Assembly (NCBI RefSeq): GCF_054482595.1
Contig: NZ_CM137008.1
Length of the DNA stretch: 64,000 nucleotides
Strand: one strand, 5' to 3'
Below are positions 33,358-50,622 of this stretch, in pieces. Within the stretch, counting starts at the first letter, position 1. Each line of letters starts with the position of its first letter. A model generated the notes under the pieces. The model was given only the letters and a program-made list of their open reading frames with translations, did no database searches and was not told the DNA's origin. Made by a program: the position numbers and the translations under genes.

Positions 33358-34479
33358 ATGGTTGCTGAATTGACCGCATTACGCGATCAAATTGATGAAG
33401 TCGATAAAGCGCTGCTGAATTTATTAGCGAAGCGTCTGGAACTGGTTGCTGAAGTGGGCGAGGTGAAAAGCCGCTTTGGACTGCCTATTTATGTTCCGGA
33501 GCGCGAGGCATCTATGTTGGCCTCGCGTCGTGCAGAGGCGGAAGCTCTGGGTGTACCGCCAGATCTGATTGAGGATGTTTTGCGTCGGGTGATGCGTGAA
33601 TCTTACTCCAGTGAAAACGACAAAGGATTTAAAACACTTTGTCCTGCGTTACGCCCGGTAGTTATCGTTGGCGGCGGCGGTCAGATGGGACGCCTGTTCG
33701 AGAAGATGCTGACACTATCGGGTTATCAGGTGCGGATTCTGGAGCAACATGACTGGGATCGAGCGGCTGATATTGTTGCCGATGCCGGAATGGTGATTGT
33801 TAGTGTGCCAATCCACGTTACTGAGCAAGTTATCGGCAAATTACCGCCTTTACCGAAAGATTGTATTCTGGTTGATCTGGCATCAGTGAAAAATGGACCA
33901 TTACAGGCCATGCTGGCGGCGCACGATGGCCCGGTACTGGGGTTACACCCGATGTTCGGCCCGGACAGCGGTAGCCTGGCAAAGCAAGTTGTGGTCTGGT
34001 GTGATGGACGTAAGCCGGAAGCATACCAATGGTTTCTGGAGCAAATTCAGGTCTGGGGCGCTCGGTTGCATCGTATTAGCGCTGTCGAGCACGATCAGAA
34101 TATGGCGTTTATTCAGGCACTGCGCCACTTTGCTACTTTTGCTTACGGGCTGCACCTGGCAGAAGAAAATGTTCAGCTTGAGCAACTTCTGGCGCTCTCT
34201 TCGCCGATTTACCGCCTTGAGCTGGCGATGGTCGGGCGACTGTTTGCTCAGGATCCGCAGCTTTATGCCGACATCATTATGTCGTCAGAGCGTAATCTGG
34301 CGTTAATCAAACGTTACTATAAGCGTTTCGGCGAGGCGATTGAGTTGCTGGAGCAGGGCGATAAGCAGGCGTTTATTGACAGTTTCCGCAAGGTGGAGCA
34401 CTGGTTCGGCGATTACGCACAGCGTTTTCAGAGTGAAAGCCGCGTGTTATTGCGTCAGGCGAATGACAATCGCCAGTAA
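33358..34479 (+). CDS. tyrA: Chorismate mutase / prephenate dehydrogenase TyrA
   Basis: 373 aa [26 protein letters not shown]…. Confidence 0.95.
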   Translation: MVAELTALRDQIDEVDKALLNLLAKRLELVAEVGEVKSRFGLPIYVPEREASMLASRRAEAEALGVPPDLIEDVLRRVMRESYSSENDKGFKTLCPALRPVVIVGGGGQMGRLFEKMLTLSGYQVRILEQHDWDRAADIVADAGMVIVSVPIHVTEQVIGKLPPLPKDCILVDLASVKNGPLQAMLAAHDGPVLGLHPMFGPDSGSLAKQVVVWCDGRKPEAYQWFLEQIQVWGARLHRISAVEHDQNMAFIQALRHFATFAYGLHLAEENVQLEQLLALSSPIYRLELAMVGRLFAQDPQLYADIIMSSERNLALIKRYYKRFGEAIELLEQGDKQAFIDSFRKVEHWFGDYAQRFQSESRVLLRQANDNRQ

Positions 34480-34521
34480 TAATCCAGTGCCGGATGATTC
34501 ACATCATCCGGCACCTTTTCA

Positions 34522-35682
34522 TCAGGTTGGATCAACAGGCACTACGTTCTCACTTGGGTAACAGCCCAATACCTTCATTGAACGGGTGATTTCCCCTAAC
34601 TCTTTCAATGCTTTTTGCATTTCCGCTGATTCAAGATTGGCCTGAATATCCAGATAAAACATCTCTTCCCATGGATTACCGTGAATCGGGCGTGATTCCA
34701 GACGGGTCATAATCAGATTGTGGTTGCGCAGTACCAGCAACGCTTCAACCAGCGCACCGGCTTGTTGCCCGGTCGCCATTAACAACGTCGTTTTCGCCGG
34801 AACCTGATCAGACACGTTAATGGCTTTACGCGCCAACACCACAAATCGGGTGAAGTTTTGTCGCTGATTCGCTTCAATCCGCTCCAGTACCTGCAAACCG
34901 TACAAAGTGCCGCCAGCTTCGCTTCCCAACGCAGCAACATGCGGTGATTTTGCCTGTGCAACCTTTTCCATTGCCGCAGACGTACTTTCGGTATATTCAA
35001 TCTTCCAGTGCGGATAACGATTAAGGAATTTGCTGCATTGCTGGAATGGCTGCGGATGGCTGTAGACCGTATTGATGGTGGATAAATCAGTCGTGCCGGA
35101 GACTAACAAACAATGGTCGATAGTTAACGTCATCTCGCCAACAATCGACAAGCTGGTATGTTGCAGCAGATCGTAAACGTCATTTATGGCACCGGAGCTG
35201 GTATTTTCAATCGGTACGACGGCATAGTCGGCCTGGCCGGTTTCCACCTGATTAAAAATATCGGCAAATTTGGCGCAGCCACTTTCAATGAATTGCTCAA
35301 AGTGACGCGCAGCATACTGGCGCGCCGCAAGATGGGAATAAGAACCTTTGGGGCCGAGAAAAGCGATGCGTGCTGAGTGCGGATTAATTTTATTGAGATG
35401 TTGTTGGAGCAAAGCCTGCTGAGTTAATACGGAATCTTCAATGATGAGCTGGAACAGGCGAGTAATGTAATGGGCGTCCAGATGGTGCGCTTTACCGAGC
35501 GTAATTAATCTTTCCAGTAAATCGCGTTCACGATCAATATCACGTACCGGGCGATGCGAGAGCAGTTTGGCTTTTCCCACCTCGACGGCCAGTTCGCGCC
35601 GCTCTGCGAGTAATGCTAATAATTTTTCATCCAGCGCGCTGATTTTCTCTCGCAGCGCCAGTAACGGGTTTTCCGATGTCAT
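34522..35682 (-). CDS. pheA: Chorismate mutase / prephenate dehydratase PheA
   Basis: 386 aa [29 protein letters not shown]…. Confidence 0.95.
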
Positions 35683-35703
35683 AGTGTTGCCTTTTTGTTA
35701 TCA

Positions 35704-35734
35704 ATAAAAAAGGCCCCCCGATTTGGGAGGCCTT
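35704..35734 (-). terminator. pheA attenuator terminator
   Basis: Minus strand AAGGCCTCCCAAATCGGGGGGCCTTTTTTATTG between pheL and pheA. Confidence 0.8.
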
Positions 35735-35780
35735 ATTGTTCGTCTTCGCATTCTGTTTCACACGACGAAACGCCTCCCAT

Positions 35781-35828
35781 TCAGGGGAAGGTAAAAAAGA
35801 ATGCGAAGAAAAACGGTGTATGTTTCAT
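35781..35828 (-). CDS. pheL: phe operon leader peptide (15 aa, 7 Phe)
   Basis: ATG AAA CAT ACA CCG TTT TTC TTC GCA TTC TTT TTT ACC TTC CCC TGA = [15 protein letters not shown]. Confidence 0.85.
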   Translation of the reverse strand: [15 protein letters not shown]

Positions 35829-35882
35829 GTTTGTTTCCTTAAGTGACTTTAGTACAGTACCCGTACTGTTTTCACGCTGTCA

Positions 35883-35910
35883 ACAAAAAACGCGCCCGAA
35901 GGCGCGTTGG
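35883..35910 (-). terminator. raiA terminator
   Basis: Minus strand AACGCGCCttcgGGCGCGTTTTTT. Confidence 0.7.
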
Positions 35911-35931
35911 CGATACACTCAATATAAAGGA

Positions 35932-36327
<396 letters not shown>

Positions 36328-36543
36328 TCAAAATGTGTGATGGAAATCTCATAATTTTGTCACTTTTTGTCAACGAATCTTTTTTGTGAGAAATCGCAGG
36401 AAGAGGTGTTTTTTTACTTGAGGAATATCTCAAAGCGAGCCATATTTGATGAGATCGATAGTGACTAAATCGCTTCAGTTTCACAACTGACAGAATAAAA
36501 AAACGGCAGCTCAAGGGCTGCCGTTTTGTGTTTCAGGTTTCTG

Positions 36544-37281
36544 TTATGTATTGCTGCTGTTTGCGGCGATGATTTTCGCTACTTTTTCAGCTTGCGCATT
36601 CATCTGCATCTGACGGTATGCATTTTCCATCAGCGGCAGCGCATCACGCGTAGCCTGGGTATCCGGGTAGTCGCGCAACATGCCTTCTACGCGGTTAACG
36701 ACGGCAACCCATGCGCCACGTTCTGTATAGTACTCGGCCACGGAGTATTCATATTTCGCCAGACGATCTTTCAGGAATACCAGACGTTTGGTGGCATCGG
36801 TGGTGTACTGACTGTTTGGATAGCCGCGCACCAGTTTGGAAAAGTCACTAAACGCAGCTCGTGCATGTTGAGGATCTCGATCGCTACGGTCAACGCCAAA
36901 GAACCCTTGCAGCGCACTGTCATCCAGCGCCATATTGGTCAGGCCACGCATGTACATGACATAATCGATATTCGGATGGGTCGGGTTAAGGCGAATAAAA
37001 CGATCGATGGCAGCCTGCGCTAACGGCAAATCGGCGTTTTTATAGTAGGCGTAGATGAGATCCAGCTGCACCTGCTGCGAATACGGACCAAACGGATAGC
37101 GATTATCTAACGCTTCCAGTTGCGTTATTGCCTGTCTCCAGTTACCGTCCTGCAGCTTTTGTTGTGCAGTCGCGTAAATTTCATTTGGCGGATTATCAGG
37201 TACTTCTTCCTTTGACCCCGAGCAACCCGCCAAAAACAGGCTTAGTGTGGCGGCTGCCACCAGATATTTCATGCGCGTCAT
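36544..37281 (-). CDS. bamD: Outer membrane protein assembly factor BamD
   Basis: 245 aa; lipobox LAGCSG; TPR-like. Confidence 0.95.
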
Positions 37282-37415
37282 GACGTTTTGACTTTCCTCA
37301 AAATGTAATACGGGAGATTCTCTGTTCCTGCTCCCGGTTAAGACCAGCTACAATAGCACACTATATTAAACGGCAAAGCCGTAAAACCCCAACGATAAAC
37401 GAAGAAGCAGTATAT

Positions 37416-38396
37416 ATGGCACAACGAGTACAGCTCACTGCAACGGTGTCCGAAAACCAACTCGGTCAACGCTTAGATCAGGCTTTGGCCGAAATGTTCC
37501 CGGATTATTCACGTTCGCGAATAAAAGAATGGATCCTCGACCAGCGCGTGCTGGTTAACGGCAAACTTTGTGATAAGCCGAAAGAAAAAGTATTGGGTGG
37601 CGAGCAGGTTGCCATCAACGCAGAGATTGAAGAAGAAGCGCGTTTTGAACCGCAGGATATCCCGCTGGATATCGTCTATGAAGATGAAGACATCATCGTC
37701 ATTAATAAACCGCGCGACCTGGTGGTTCATCCTGGCGCGGGTAACCCGGATGGCACGGTACTGAATGCGTTGCTTCATTATTATCCGCCTATTGCCGATG
37801 TACCGCGTGCGGGCATCGTCCATCGTCTGGATAAAGACACCACTGGCCTGATGGTTGTGGCAAAAACCGTTCCGGCTCAGACGCGTTTAGTCGAATCTTT
37901 GCAAAGGCGTGAAATTACTCGTGAGTACGAAGCGGTGGCGATTGGTCATATGACCGCTGGCGGTACGGTGGATGAGCCAATCAGTCGCCACCCGACCAAA
38001 CGTACTCACATGGCGGTGCATCCGATGGGCAAACCAGCGGTGACTCACTATCGCATCATGGAACACTTCCGTGTGCACACGCGTCTGCGGTTGCGTCTGG
38101 AAACTGGACGTACGCACCAGATCCGCGTGCATATGGCCCATATCACTCATCCGCTGGTGGGCGATCCGGTTTATGGTGGCCGTCCGCGTCCGCCAAAAGG
38201 TGCTTCGGAAGCGTTTATCTCCACGCTGCGTAAGTTTGACCGCCAGGCGCTTCATGCAACCATGCTGCGTCTTTATCATCCGATCTCCGGCATCGAAATG
38301 GAATGGCATGCGCCTATTCCACAAGATATGGTGGAGCTGATTGAGGCGATGCGTGCCGATTTCGAAGAACATAAGGATGAAGTGGACTGGTTATGA
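37416..38396 (+). CDS. rluD: 23S rRNA pseudouridine synthase RluD
   Basis: 326 aa; S4 domain then RluA-type catalytic HRLDKDTTG. Confidence 0.95.
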   Translation: MAQRVQLTATVSENQLGQRLDQALAEMFPDYSRSRIKEWILDQRVLVNGKLCDKPKEKVLGGEQVAINAEIEEEARFEPQDIPLDIVYEDEDIIVINKPRDLVVHPGAGNPDGTVLNALLHYYPPIADVPRAGIVHRLDKDTTGLMVVAKTVPAQTRLVESLQRREITREYEAVAIGHMTAGGTVDEPISRHPTKRTHMAVHPMGKPAVTHYRIMEHFRVHTRLRLRLETGRTHQIRVHMAHITHPLVGDPVYGGRPRPPKGASEAFISTLRKFDRQALHATMLRLYHPISGIEMEWHAPIPQDMVELIEAMRADFEEHKDEVDWL

Positions 38397-39124
38397 GTAA
38401 GCTGATTGTCCCGCAGTGGCCGCTGCCAAAAGGTGTTGCGGCTTGTAGCTCTACTCGTATCGGCGGCGTGAGCTTGCCCCCGTATGACTCGCTCAACCTC
38501 GGTGCCCATTGTGGCGATAACCCGGATCATGTTGAGGAGAATCGCAAGCGACTTTTTGCTGCGGGCAATTTGCCTTCTAAACCGGTCTGGCTTGAGCAGG
38601 TACACGGCAAAGATGTGCTTAAGCTTACTGGCGAACCTTATGCCTCAAAACGAGCAGATGCCTCTTATAGCAATACGCCTGGCACGGTTTGCGCAGTGAT
38701 GACTGCCGACTGCCTCCCTGTGCTGTTTTGCAATCGAGCGGGAACGGAAGTCGCCGCCGCTCATGCTGGCTGGCGTGGACTGTGCGCAGGCGTGCTGGAA
38801 GAGACAGTTTCCTGTTTTGCTGATAATCCGGAAAATATTCTCGCCTGGTTAGGGCCGGCAATTGGTCCACGCGCGTTCGAAGTGGGGGCGGAGGTTCGCG
38901 AGGCGTTTATGGCAGCAGACGCCAAAGCGAGTACAGCTTTCATTCAGCATGGTGATAAGTATCTGGCGGATATTTATCTGCTTGCCCGGCAGCGTCTGGC
39001 GAGCGTTGGTGTTGAACAAATTTTCGGCGGCGACCGTTGTACATATACGGAAAATGAGACTTTCTTCTCTTATCGTCGCGACAAGACCACCGGGCGTATG
39101 GCAAGTTTCATTTGGCTGATATAA
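38393..39124 (+). CDS. yfiH: Purine nucleoside phosphorylase-like protein YfiH (PgeF)
   Basis: 243 aa; 4-nt ATGA overlap with rluD stop. Confidence 0.9.
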   Translation: MSKLIVPQWPLPKGVAACSSTRIGGVSLPPYDSLNLGAHCGDNPDHVEENRKRLFAAGNLPSKPVWLEQVHGKDVLKLTGEPYASKRADASYSNTPGTVCAVMTADCLPVLFCNRAGTEVAAAHAGWRGLCAGVLEETVSCFADNPENILAWLGPAIGPRAFEVGAEVREAFMAADAKASTAFIQHGDKYLADIYLLARQRLASVGVEQIFGGDRCTYTENETFFSYRRDKTTGRMASFIWLI

Positions 39125-39253
39125 CCTAAAGAATCAAGACGATCCGGTACGCGTGATTTTCTTTTCACATTAATCTGGTCAATAACCTTGAATAATTGAG
39201 GGATGACCTCATTTAATCTCCAGTAGCAACTTTGATCCGTTATGGGAGGAGTT

Positions 39254-41827
39254 ATGCGTCTGGATCGTCTTACTAATAAATTCCAGCTTGCTCTTGCCGA
39301 TGCCCAATCACTTGCACTCGGGCACGACAACCAATTCATCGAACCACTTCATTTAATGAGCGCCCTGCTGAATCAGGAAGGGGGGTCGGTTAGTCCTTTG
39401 TTAACATCAGCTGGCATAAATGCTGGCCAGTTGCGCACAGATATCAATCAGGCATTAAATCGTTTACCGCAGGTTGAAGGTACTGGTGGTGATGTCCAGC
39501 CATCACAGGATCTGGTGCGCGTTCTTAATCTTTGCGACAAGCTGGCGCAAAAACGTGGTGATAACTTTATCTCGTCAGAACTGTTCGTTCTGGCGGCACT
39601 TGAGTCTCGCGGCACGCTGGCCGACATCCTGAAAGCAGCAGGGGCGACCACCGCCAACATTACTCAAGCGATTGAACAAATGCGTGGAGGTGAAAGCGTG
39701 AACGATCAAGGTGCTGAAGACCAACGTCAGGCTTTGAAAAAATATACCATCGACCTTACCGAACGAGCCGAACAGGGCAAACTCGATCCGGTGATTGGTC
39801 GTGATGAAGAAATTCGCCGTACCATTCAGGTGCTGCAACGTCGTACTAAAAATAACCCGGTACTGATTGGTGAACCCGGCGTCGGTAAAACTGCCATCGT
39901 TGAAGGTCTGGCGCAGCGTATTATCAACGGCGAAGTGCCGGAAGGGTTGAAAGGCCGCCGGGTACTGGCGCTGGATATGGGCGCGCTGGTGGCTGGGGCG
40001 AAATATCGCGGTGAGTTTGAAGAACGTTTAAAAGGCGTGCTTAACGATCTTGCCAAACAGGAAGGCAACGTCATCCTGTTTATCGACGAATTACATACCA
40101 TGGTCGGCGCGGGTAAAGCCGATGGCGCAATGGACGCCGGAAACATGCTGAAACCGGCGCTGGCGCGTGGTGAATTGCACTGCGTAGGTGCCACTACGCT
40201 TGACGAATATCGCCAGTACATCGAAAAAGATGCTGCGCTGGAACGTCGTTTCCAGAAAGTGTTTGTTGCCGAGCCTTCTGTTGAAGATACCATTGCGATT
40301 CTGCGTGGCCTGAAAGAACGTTACGAATTGCACCACCATGTGCAAATTACTGACCCGGCAATTGTTGCAGCGGCGACGTTGTCTCATCGCTACATTGCTG
40401 ACCGTCAGCTGCCGGATAAAGCTATCGACCTGATCGATGAAGCAGCATCCAGCATTCGTATGCAAATTGACTCAAAACCAGAAGAACTCGACCGACTCGA
40501 TCGTCGTATCATCCAGCTCAAACTGGAACAACAGGCGTTAATGAAAGAGTCTGATGAAGCCAGTAAAAAACGCCTGGATATGCTCAACGAAGAACTGAGC
40601 GACAAAGAACGTCAGTACTCCGAGTTAGAAGAAGAGTGGAAAGCAGAGAAGGCATCGCTTTCTGGTACGCAGACCATTAAAGCGGAACTGGAACAGGCGA
40701 AAATCGCTATTGAACAGGCTCGCCGTGTGGGGGACCTGGCGCGGATGTCTGAACTGCAATACGGCAAAATCCCGGAACTGGAAAAGCAACTGGAAGCCGC
40801 AACGCAGCTCGAAGGCAAAACTATGCGTCTATTGCGTAATAAAGTGACCGACGCCGAAATTGCTGAAGTGCTGGCGCGTTGGACGGGGATTCCGGTTTCT
40901 CGCATGATGGAAAGCGAGCGCGAAAAACTGCTGCGTATGGAGCAAGAACTGCACCATCGCGTAATTGGTCAGAACGAAGCGGTTGATGCGGTATCTAACG
41001 CTATTCGTCGTAGCCGTGCGGGGCTGGCGGATCCAAATCGCCCGATTGGTTCATTCCTGTTCCTCGGCCCAACTGGTGTGGGGAAAACAGAGCTTTGTAA
41101 GGCGCTGGCGAACTTTATGTTTGATAGCGACGAGGCGATGGTCCGTATCGATATGTCCGAGTTTATGGAGAAACACTCGGTGTCTCGTCTGGTTGGTGCG
41201 CCTCCGGGATATGTCGGTTATGAAGAAGGTGGCTACCTGACCGAAGCTGTGCGTCGTCGTCCGTATTCCGTTATCCTGCTGGATGAAGTGGAAAAAGCGC
41301 ATCCGGATGTCTTCAACATTCTGTTGCAGGTACTGGATGATGGGCGTCTGACTGACGGGCAGGGGAGAACGGTCGACTTCCGTAATACGGTTGTCATTAT
41401 GACCTCTAACCTCGGTTCCGATTTGATTCAGGAACGCTTCGGTGAACTGGATTATGCGCACATGAAAGAGCTGGTGCTCGGTGTGGTTAGCCATAACTTC
41501 CGTCCGGAATTCATTAACCGTATCGATGAAGTGGTGGTCTTCCATCCGCTGGGTGAACAGCACATTGCGTCGATTGCGCAGATTCAGTTGAAACGTCTGT
41601 ATAAACGTCTGGAAGAACGTGGTTATGAAATCCACATTTCTGACGAGGCGCTGAAACTGCTGAGCGAGAACGGTTACGATCCGGTCTATGGTGCACGTCC
41701 TCTGAAACGTGCAATTCAGCAGCAGATCGAAAACCCGCTGGCACAGCAAATACTGTCTGGTGAATTGGTTCCGGGTAAAGTGATTCGCCTGGAAGTTAAT
41801 GAAGACCGGATTGTCGCCGTCCAGTAA
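39254..41827 (+). CDS. clpB: Chaperone/disaggregase ClpB
   Basis: 857 aa from [25 protein letters not shown]…; two AAA+ modules ([16 protein letters not shown]). Confidence 0.95.
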
Positions 41828-41832
41828 ATGAT

Positions 41833-41860
41833 AAAACGAGCCCTTCGGGGCTCGTTTTTG
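41833..41860 (+). terminator. clpB terminator
   Basis: AAACGAGCCCttcgGGGCTCGTTTTTG. Confidence 0.8.
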
Positions 41861-41914
41861 TCTATAAGTTAGACGGAAAAGACTATATTTAAGATGTTTT
41901 GCCTGAAAAGTGAG

Positions 41915-42140
41915 CGAACGATAAAGTTTTTATATTTTTCGCTTGTCAGGCCGGAATAACTCCCTATAATGCGCCACCACTGACACGGAACAACGGCAAA
42001 CACGCCGCCGGGTCAGCGGGGTTCTCCTGAGAATTCCGACAGAGAAAGCAAAAATAAATGCTTGACTCTGTAGCGGGAAAGCGTATTATGCACACCCCGC
42101 GCCGCTGAGAAAAAGCGAAGCGGCACTGCTCTTTAACAAT
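41915..42140 (+). promoter_or_regulatory. rRNA operon tandem promoters P1/P2 with AT-rich UP element and boxA
   Basis: P1 TTGTCA(41943-41948)-16 nt-TATAAT(41965-41970) with AT-rich upstream; P2 TTGACT(42062-42067)-16 nt-TATTAT(42084-42089) with GC-rich discriminator; boxA TGCTCTTTAACAAT at 42127-42140. Confidence 0.8.
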
Positions 42141-42270
42141 TTATCAGACAATCTGTGTGGGCACTCGAAGATACGGATTCTTAACGTCGCAAGACGAAAA
42201 ATGAATACCAAGTCTCAAGAGTGAACACGTAATTCATTACGAAGTTTAATTCTTTGAGCATCAAACTTTT

Positions 42271-43812
<1,542 letters not shown>

Positions 43813-43897
43813 CCTTAAAGAAGCGTTCTTTGCAGTGCTCACACAGATTGTCTGATAGAAAGTGAAAAGCAAGGCGTCTTGCGAAGCAGACTGATAC

Positions 43898-43973
43898 GTC
43901 CCCTTCGTCTAGAGGCCCAGGACACCGCCCTTTCACGGCGGTAACAGGGGTTCGAATCCCCTAGGGGACGCCA
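43898..43973 (+). tRNA. gltW: tRNA-Glu (UUC) in the 16S-23S spacer
   Basis: GTCCCCTTCGTCTAGAGGCCCAGGACACCGCCCTTTCACGGCGGTAACAGGGGTTCGAATCCCCTAGGGGACGCCA. Confidence 0.95.
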
Positions 43974-44166
43974 CTTGCTGGTTTGTGAGTGAAAGTCGCC
44001 GACCTTAATATCTCAAAACTCATCTTCGGGTGATGTTTGAGATATTTGCTCTTTAAAAATCTGGATCAAGCTGAAAATTGAAACACTGAACAACGAGAGT
44101 TGTTCGTGAGTCTCTCAAATTTTCGCAACACGATGATGAATCGAAAGAAACATCTTCGGGTTGTGA

Positions 44167-47069
<2,903 letters not shown>

Positions 47070-47162
47070 ACAACGCCGAAGCTGTTTTGGCGGATTGAGA
47101 GAAGATTTTCAGCCTGATACAGATTAAATCAGAACGCAGAAGCGGTCTGATAAAACAGAATT

Positions 47163-47282
47163 TGCCTGGCGGCCGTAGCGCGGTGGTCCCACCTGACCCC
47201 ATGCCGAACTCAGAAGTGAAACGCCGTAGCGCCGATGGTAGTGTGGGGTCTCCCCATGCGAGAGTAGGGAACTGCCAGGCAT
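47163..47282 (+). rRNA. rrfG: 5S ribosomal RNA
   Basis: TGCCTGGCGGCCGTAGCGCGGTGG…GGAACTGCCAGGCAT; 120 nt. Confidence 0.97.
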
Positions 47283-47293
47283 CAAATAAAGCG

Positions 47294-47322
47294 AAAGGCC
47301 ATCCTGACGGATGGCCTTTTTG
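47294..47322 (+). terminator. rrn operon terminator
   Basis: AAAGGCCATCCtgacGGATGGCCTTTTTG. Confidence 0.85.
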
Positions 47323-47602
47323 CGTTGGTGAAAAAAATGCCTGATGCGACGCTGCGCGTCTTATACTCCCACATATGCCAGATTCAGCAGCGAATACGGC
47401 TTCCCCAACTTGCCCACCTCCATACGTGTTCTCCTCACCAGAAATTTATCCTTAAGCTCCTCAATAACCATTTTCCTGCTAACTAAATTCATGGTTAAGG
47501 TTGCATAATGACACGCAACAAATGTATAACATTTTCTTTACCAAAAGAAATAAACAAAAGCGACCGACAAAAGCATCGGATTACGGCAGGAGACATAATG
47601 GC

Positions 47603-48901
47603 ATGGCTGAAAGTACTGTAACGGCAGACAGCAAACTGACAAGTAGTGATACACGTCGCCGCATTTGGGCGATTGTGGGGGCCTCTTCAGGTAATCTGGT
47701 CGAGTGGTTCGATTTCTATGTCTACTCGTTCTGTTCACTCTACTTTGCCCACATCTTCTTCCCTTCCGGGAACACGACGACTCAACTACTACAAACAGCA
47801 GGTGTTTTTGCTGCGGGATTCCTCATGCGCCCAATAGGCGGTTGGCTATTTGGCCGCATAGCCGATAAACATGGTCGCAAAAAATCGATGCTGCTATCGG
47901 TGTGTATGATGTGTTTCGGCTCACTGGTAATCGCCTGTTTGCCTGGTTATGAAACAATCGGTACGTGGGCTCCGGCATTATTGCTTCTCGCGCGTTTATT
48001 TCAGGGATTATCCGTTGGCGGAGAATATGGCACCAGCGCCACCTATATGAGTGAAGTTGCCGTTGAAGGGCGCAAAGGTTTTTACGCATCATTTCAGTAT
48101 GTGACGTTGATCGGCGGACAACTGCTAGCCCTACTGGTTGTCGTGGTTTTACAACACACCATGGAAGACGCTGCACTCAGAGAGTGGGGATGGCGTATTC
48201 CTTTCGCGTTAGGAGCTGTGTTAGCTGTTGTGGCGTTGTGGTTACGTCGTCAGTTAGATGAAACTTCGCAACAAGAAACGCGCGCTTTAAAAGAAGCTGG
48301 ATCTCTGAAAGGATTATGGCGCAATCGCCGTGCATTCATCATGGTTCTCGGTTTTACCGCTGCGGGCTCCCTTTGTTTCTATACCTTCACCACTTATATG
48401 CAGAAGTATCTGGTAAATACTGCGGGAATGCATGCCAACGTGGCGAGTGGCATTATGACTGCCGCATTGTTTGTATTCATGCTTATTCAACCACTCATTG
48501 GCGCGCTGTCGGATAAGATTGGTCGCCGTACCTCAATGTTATGTTTCGGTTCACTGGCAGCCATTTTTACCGTTCCTATTCTCTCAGCATTGCAAAACGT
48601 TTCCTCGCCTTATGCCGCTTTTGGTCTGGTGATGTGTGCCCTGCTGATAGTGAGTTTTTATACATCAATCAGTGGAATACTGAAGGCTGAGATGTTCCCG
48701 GCACAGGTTCGCGCATTAGGCGTTGGTCTGTCATATGCGGTCGCTAATGCTATATTTGGTGGTTCGGCGGAGTACGTAGCGTTGTCGCTGAAATCAATAG
48801 GAATGGAAACAGCCTTCTTCTGGTATGTGACCTTGATGGCCGTGGTGGCGTTTCTGGTTTCTTTGATGCTACATCGCAAAGGGAAGGGGATGCGTCTTTA
48901 G
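47603..48901 (+). CDS. kgtP: Alpha-ketoglutarate permease (MFS)
   Basis: 432 aa from [22 protein letters not shown]…; ORF track extends 34 codons upstream. Confidence 0.93.
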
Positions 48902-49242
48902 TGACGGGTCAGTTGCCAGACGGTATAGCCGGTGCTTGCACCGGCGACATCCCAGGCCAAATCCTTCCAGCTCCAGCCGCTCCCTTCGGGGCGGCTATCC
49001 CAAAGCTCTTTTGACGCCCCCAAACTGACAGAGAACATCAATCCAAACATGGCACTGCGATCCCGGCTCATCCCCTGATGCTGTGAATATTCATTTCCGG
49101 CGGCGGAAAGCATCGCCGAGGCGATAAAGTGTTGAGCTTTATCCTGCCCGCTCCAGCTATCGTTAGCCATATGGCTGCATCCAGAAAGTAACAATAGCGA
49201 ACAGACAAAAAGAATACGCAAAACGTGGCCTCCAAAAAACAA
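48898..49242 (-). CDS. yfiM: Lipoprotein YfiM
   Basis: Lipobox LLSGCS; true start may be internal (GTG about 49224); stop overlaps kgtP stop by 4 nt. Confidence 0.8.
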
Positions 49243-49266
49243 ACCCCGTACAGGACGGGGTTGTGA

Positions 49267-50622
49267 TTACAGGATGCGGCTAATTAATCGGTCGATGCGG
49301 ATACGGCGCAAACGGCGGATGAGTTTACGAACCTTCACCGGATAATCGGCAATACTTTGCAGATCGCGATAGTGCTTAACGATGGTGGTATGCTCGCGGA
49401 TCAGCTCCAGTTCTTTCTCTCGCTGCGGCGCAAGCTCCAGTTGTGGATCGTGGATCAAAATGGCGTTTTCCAGATCCAGACGCCAGGCGCGCGGGTTCAG
49501 GTTATTACCGGTGATCAACATCCACTTATCATCAACCCACATCCCTTTTAGGTGATAGGTGTTGTCGTCATCTTTCCATAACCGAACCACTAGCTGGTCA
49601 GTATTGACGTAATACTGCAAACGGCTCAGGAAACGACGCAGATTGATCTCATAGAGATAAGGCAATGCGCCAATTATCTTGAAAGGTTCATCTTCCGGAA
49701 TGTAGAAGTCGTTCGCGGTTTTATCACCAACAATAATTTCGACCTTTTTCCCTTCGCGCAGCAACTGGATAATATTGCGCACAAGGATTGCTGGCAGGTT
49801 GAAGTATGGCGTACAGATGGTTAGTTTCTGCTCGGCACAAGGCATAAGATGGAAAATGGTCTTGTTCAACAGACTCGATTTCCCCAGCCCCACTAGCGGC
49901 GTTACGGAAAGCTGATCGTTGTCGGCATCGCCCTGGAAATGATAAGCGGCATCACGCAGCTCCTGGCGGAACAGACGAATATCGTTCTTGATTTCCGGGC
50001 TTTTTGGCCGATTAACATCATCCAGACGATTAACGCCGCGGCCATTCATAATATTCTGTGTAACCCATTCAAACATAATGTCTGACATCTTACGGTTACG
50101 GATAAGGTGATAACGGTCGTAGCGATATTTATCGTGCTGATGCAGGTAAACATCGTTCAGGCTGGCACCGCTATAAAGTACGCTATCGTCGATGATAAAG
50201 CCTTTAAAGTGCAGAACGCCAAGGGCTTCACGGGTATTGATTGGAACGCCATAAACTGGAACATCTACGCCCGGATTTTCCTGCGCCATGCGGCAGTACC
50301 AGTCAGCGTTAGTGTTAGATGCCGCAGCGCCAATGCGTCCACGTTGTGCACGATGCCAGTCGACCAGCACCCGCACATCCAGTTCCGGACGCTGCCTTTT
50401 AGCTTCATACAACGCGTTCAGAATGCCTTTGCCACCGTCATCCTGTTCGAGATACAGGGCGACAATGCAAATGCGCTGCTTCGCGCTGGCTATTTTTTCC
50501 AGCAGCGTCTCCCGGAAGTCGGCGGGAGCGTAAAAGAAATCGACATCATCAACTGATTGAGAAATCTTGGGTAGTTGGGCAAGGTGTTGTTGATGTTTAT
50601 TACGCTTAAATTTTGACAACAT
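49267..50622 (-). CDS. pssA: Phosphatidylserine synthase PssA
   Basis: 451 aa MLSKFKRNKHQQHLAQLPKISQ…; PLD-like. Confidence 0.95.
   Translation of the reverse strand: MLSKFKRNKHQQHLAQLPKISQSVDDVDFFYAPADFRETLLEKIASAKQRICIVALYLEQDDGGKGILNALYEAKRQRPELDVRVLVDWHRAQRGRIGAAASNTNADWYCRMAQENPGVDVPVYGVPINTREALGVLHFKGFIIDDSVLYSGASLNDVYLHQHDKYRYDRYHLIRNRKMSDIMFEWVTQNIMNGRGVNRLDDVNRPKSPEIKNDIRLFRQELRDAAYHFQGDADNDQLSVTPLVGLGKSSLLNKTIFHLMPCAEQKLTICTPYFNLPAILVRNIIQLLREGKKVEIIVGDKTANDFYIPEDEPFKIIGALPYLYEINLRRFLSRLQYYVNTDQLVVRLWKDDDNTYHLKGMWVDDKWMLITGNNLNPRAWRLDLENAILIHDPQLELAPQREKELELIREHTTIVKHYRDLQSIADYPVKVRKLIRRLRRIRIDRLISRIL

Noticed and set aside
47501-47602. N-terminal extensions of ORF-track ORFs (kgtP, aroF, yfiF, yfiP, yfiC, rpoE, grcA, rimM, rpsP, clpB, ypjD, yfiL, yfiE)
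   Set aside because: The upstream-most ATG/GTG gives non-conserved leader residues; internal starts matching known protein N-termini and SD spacing were preferred.
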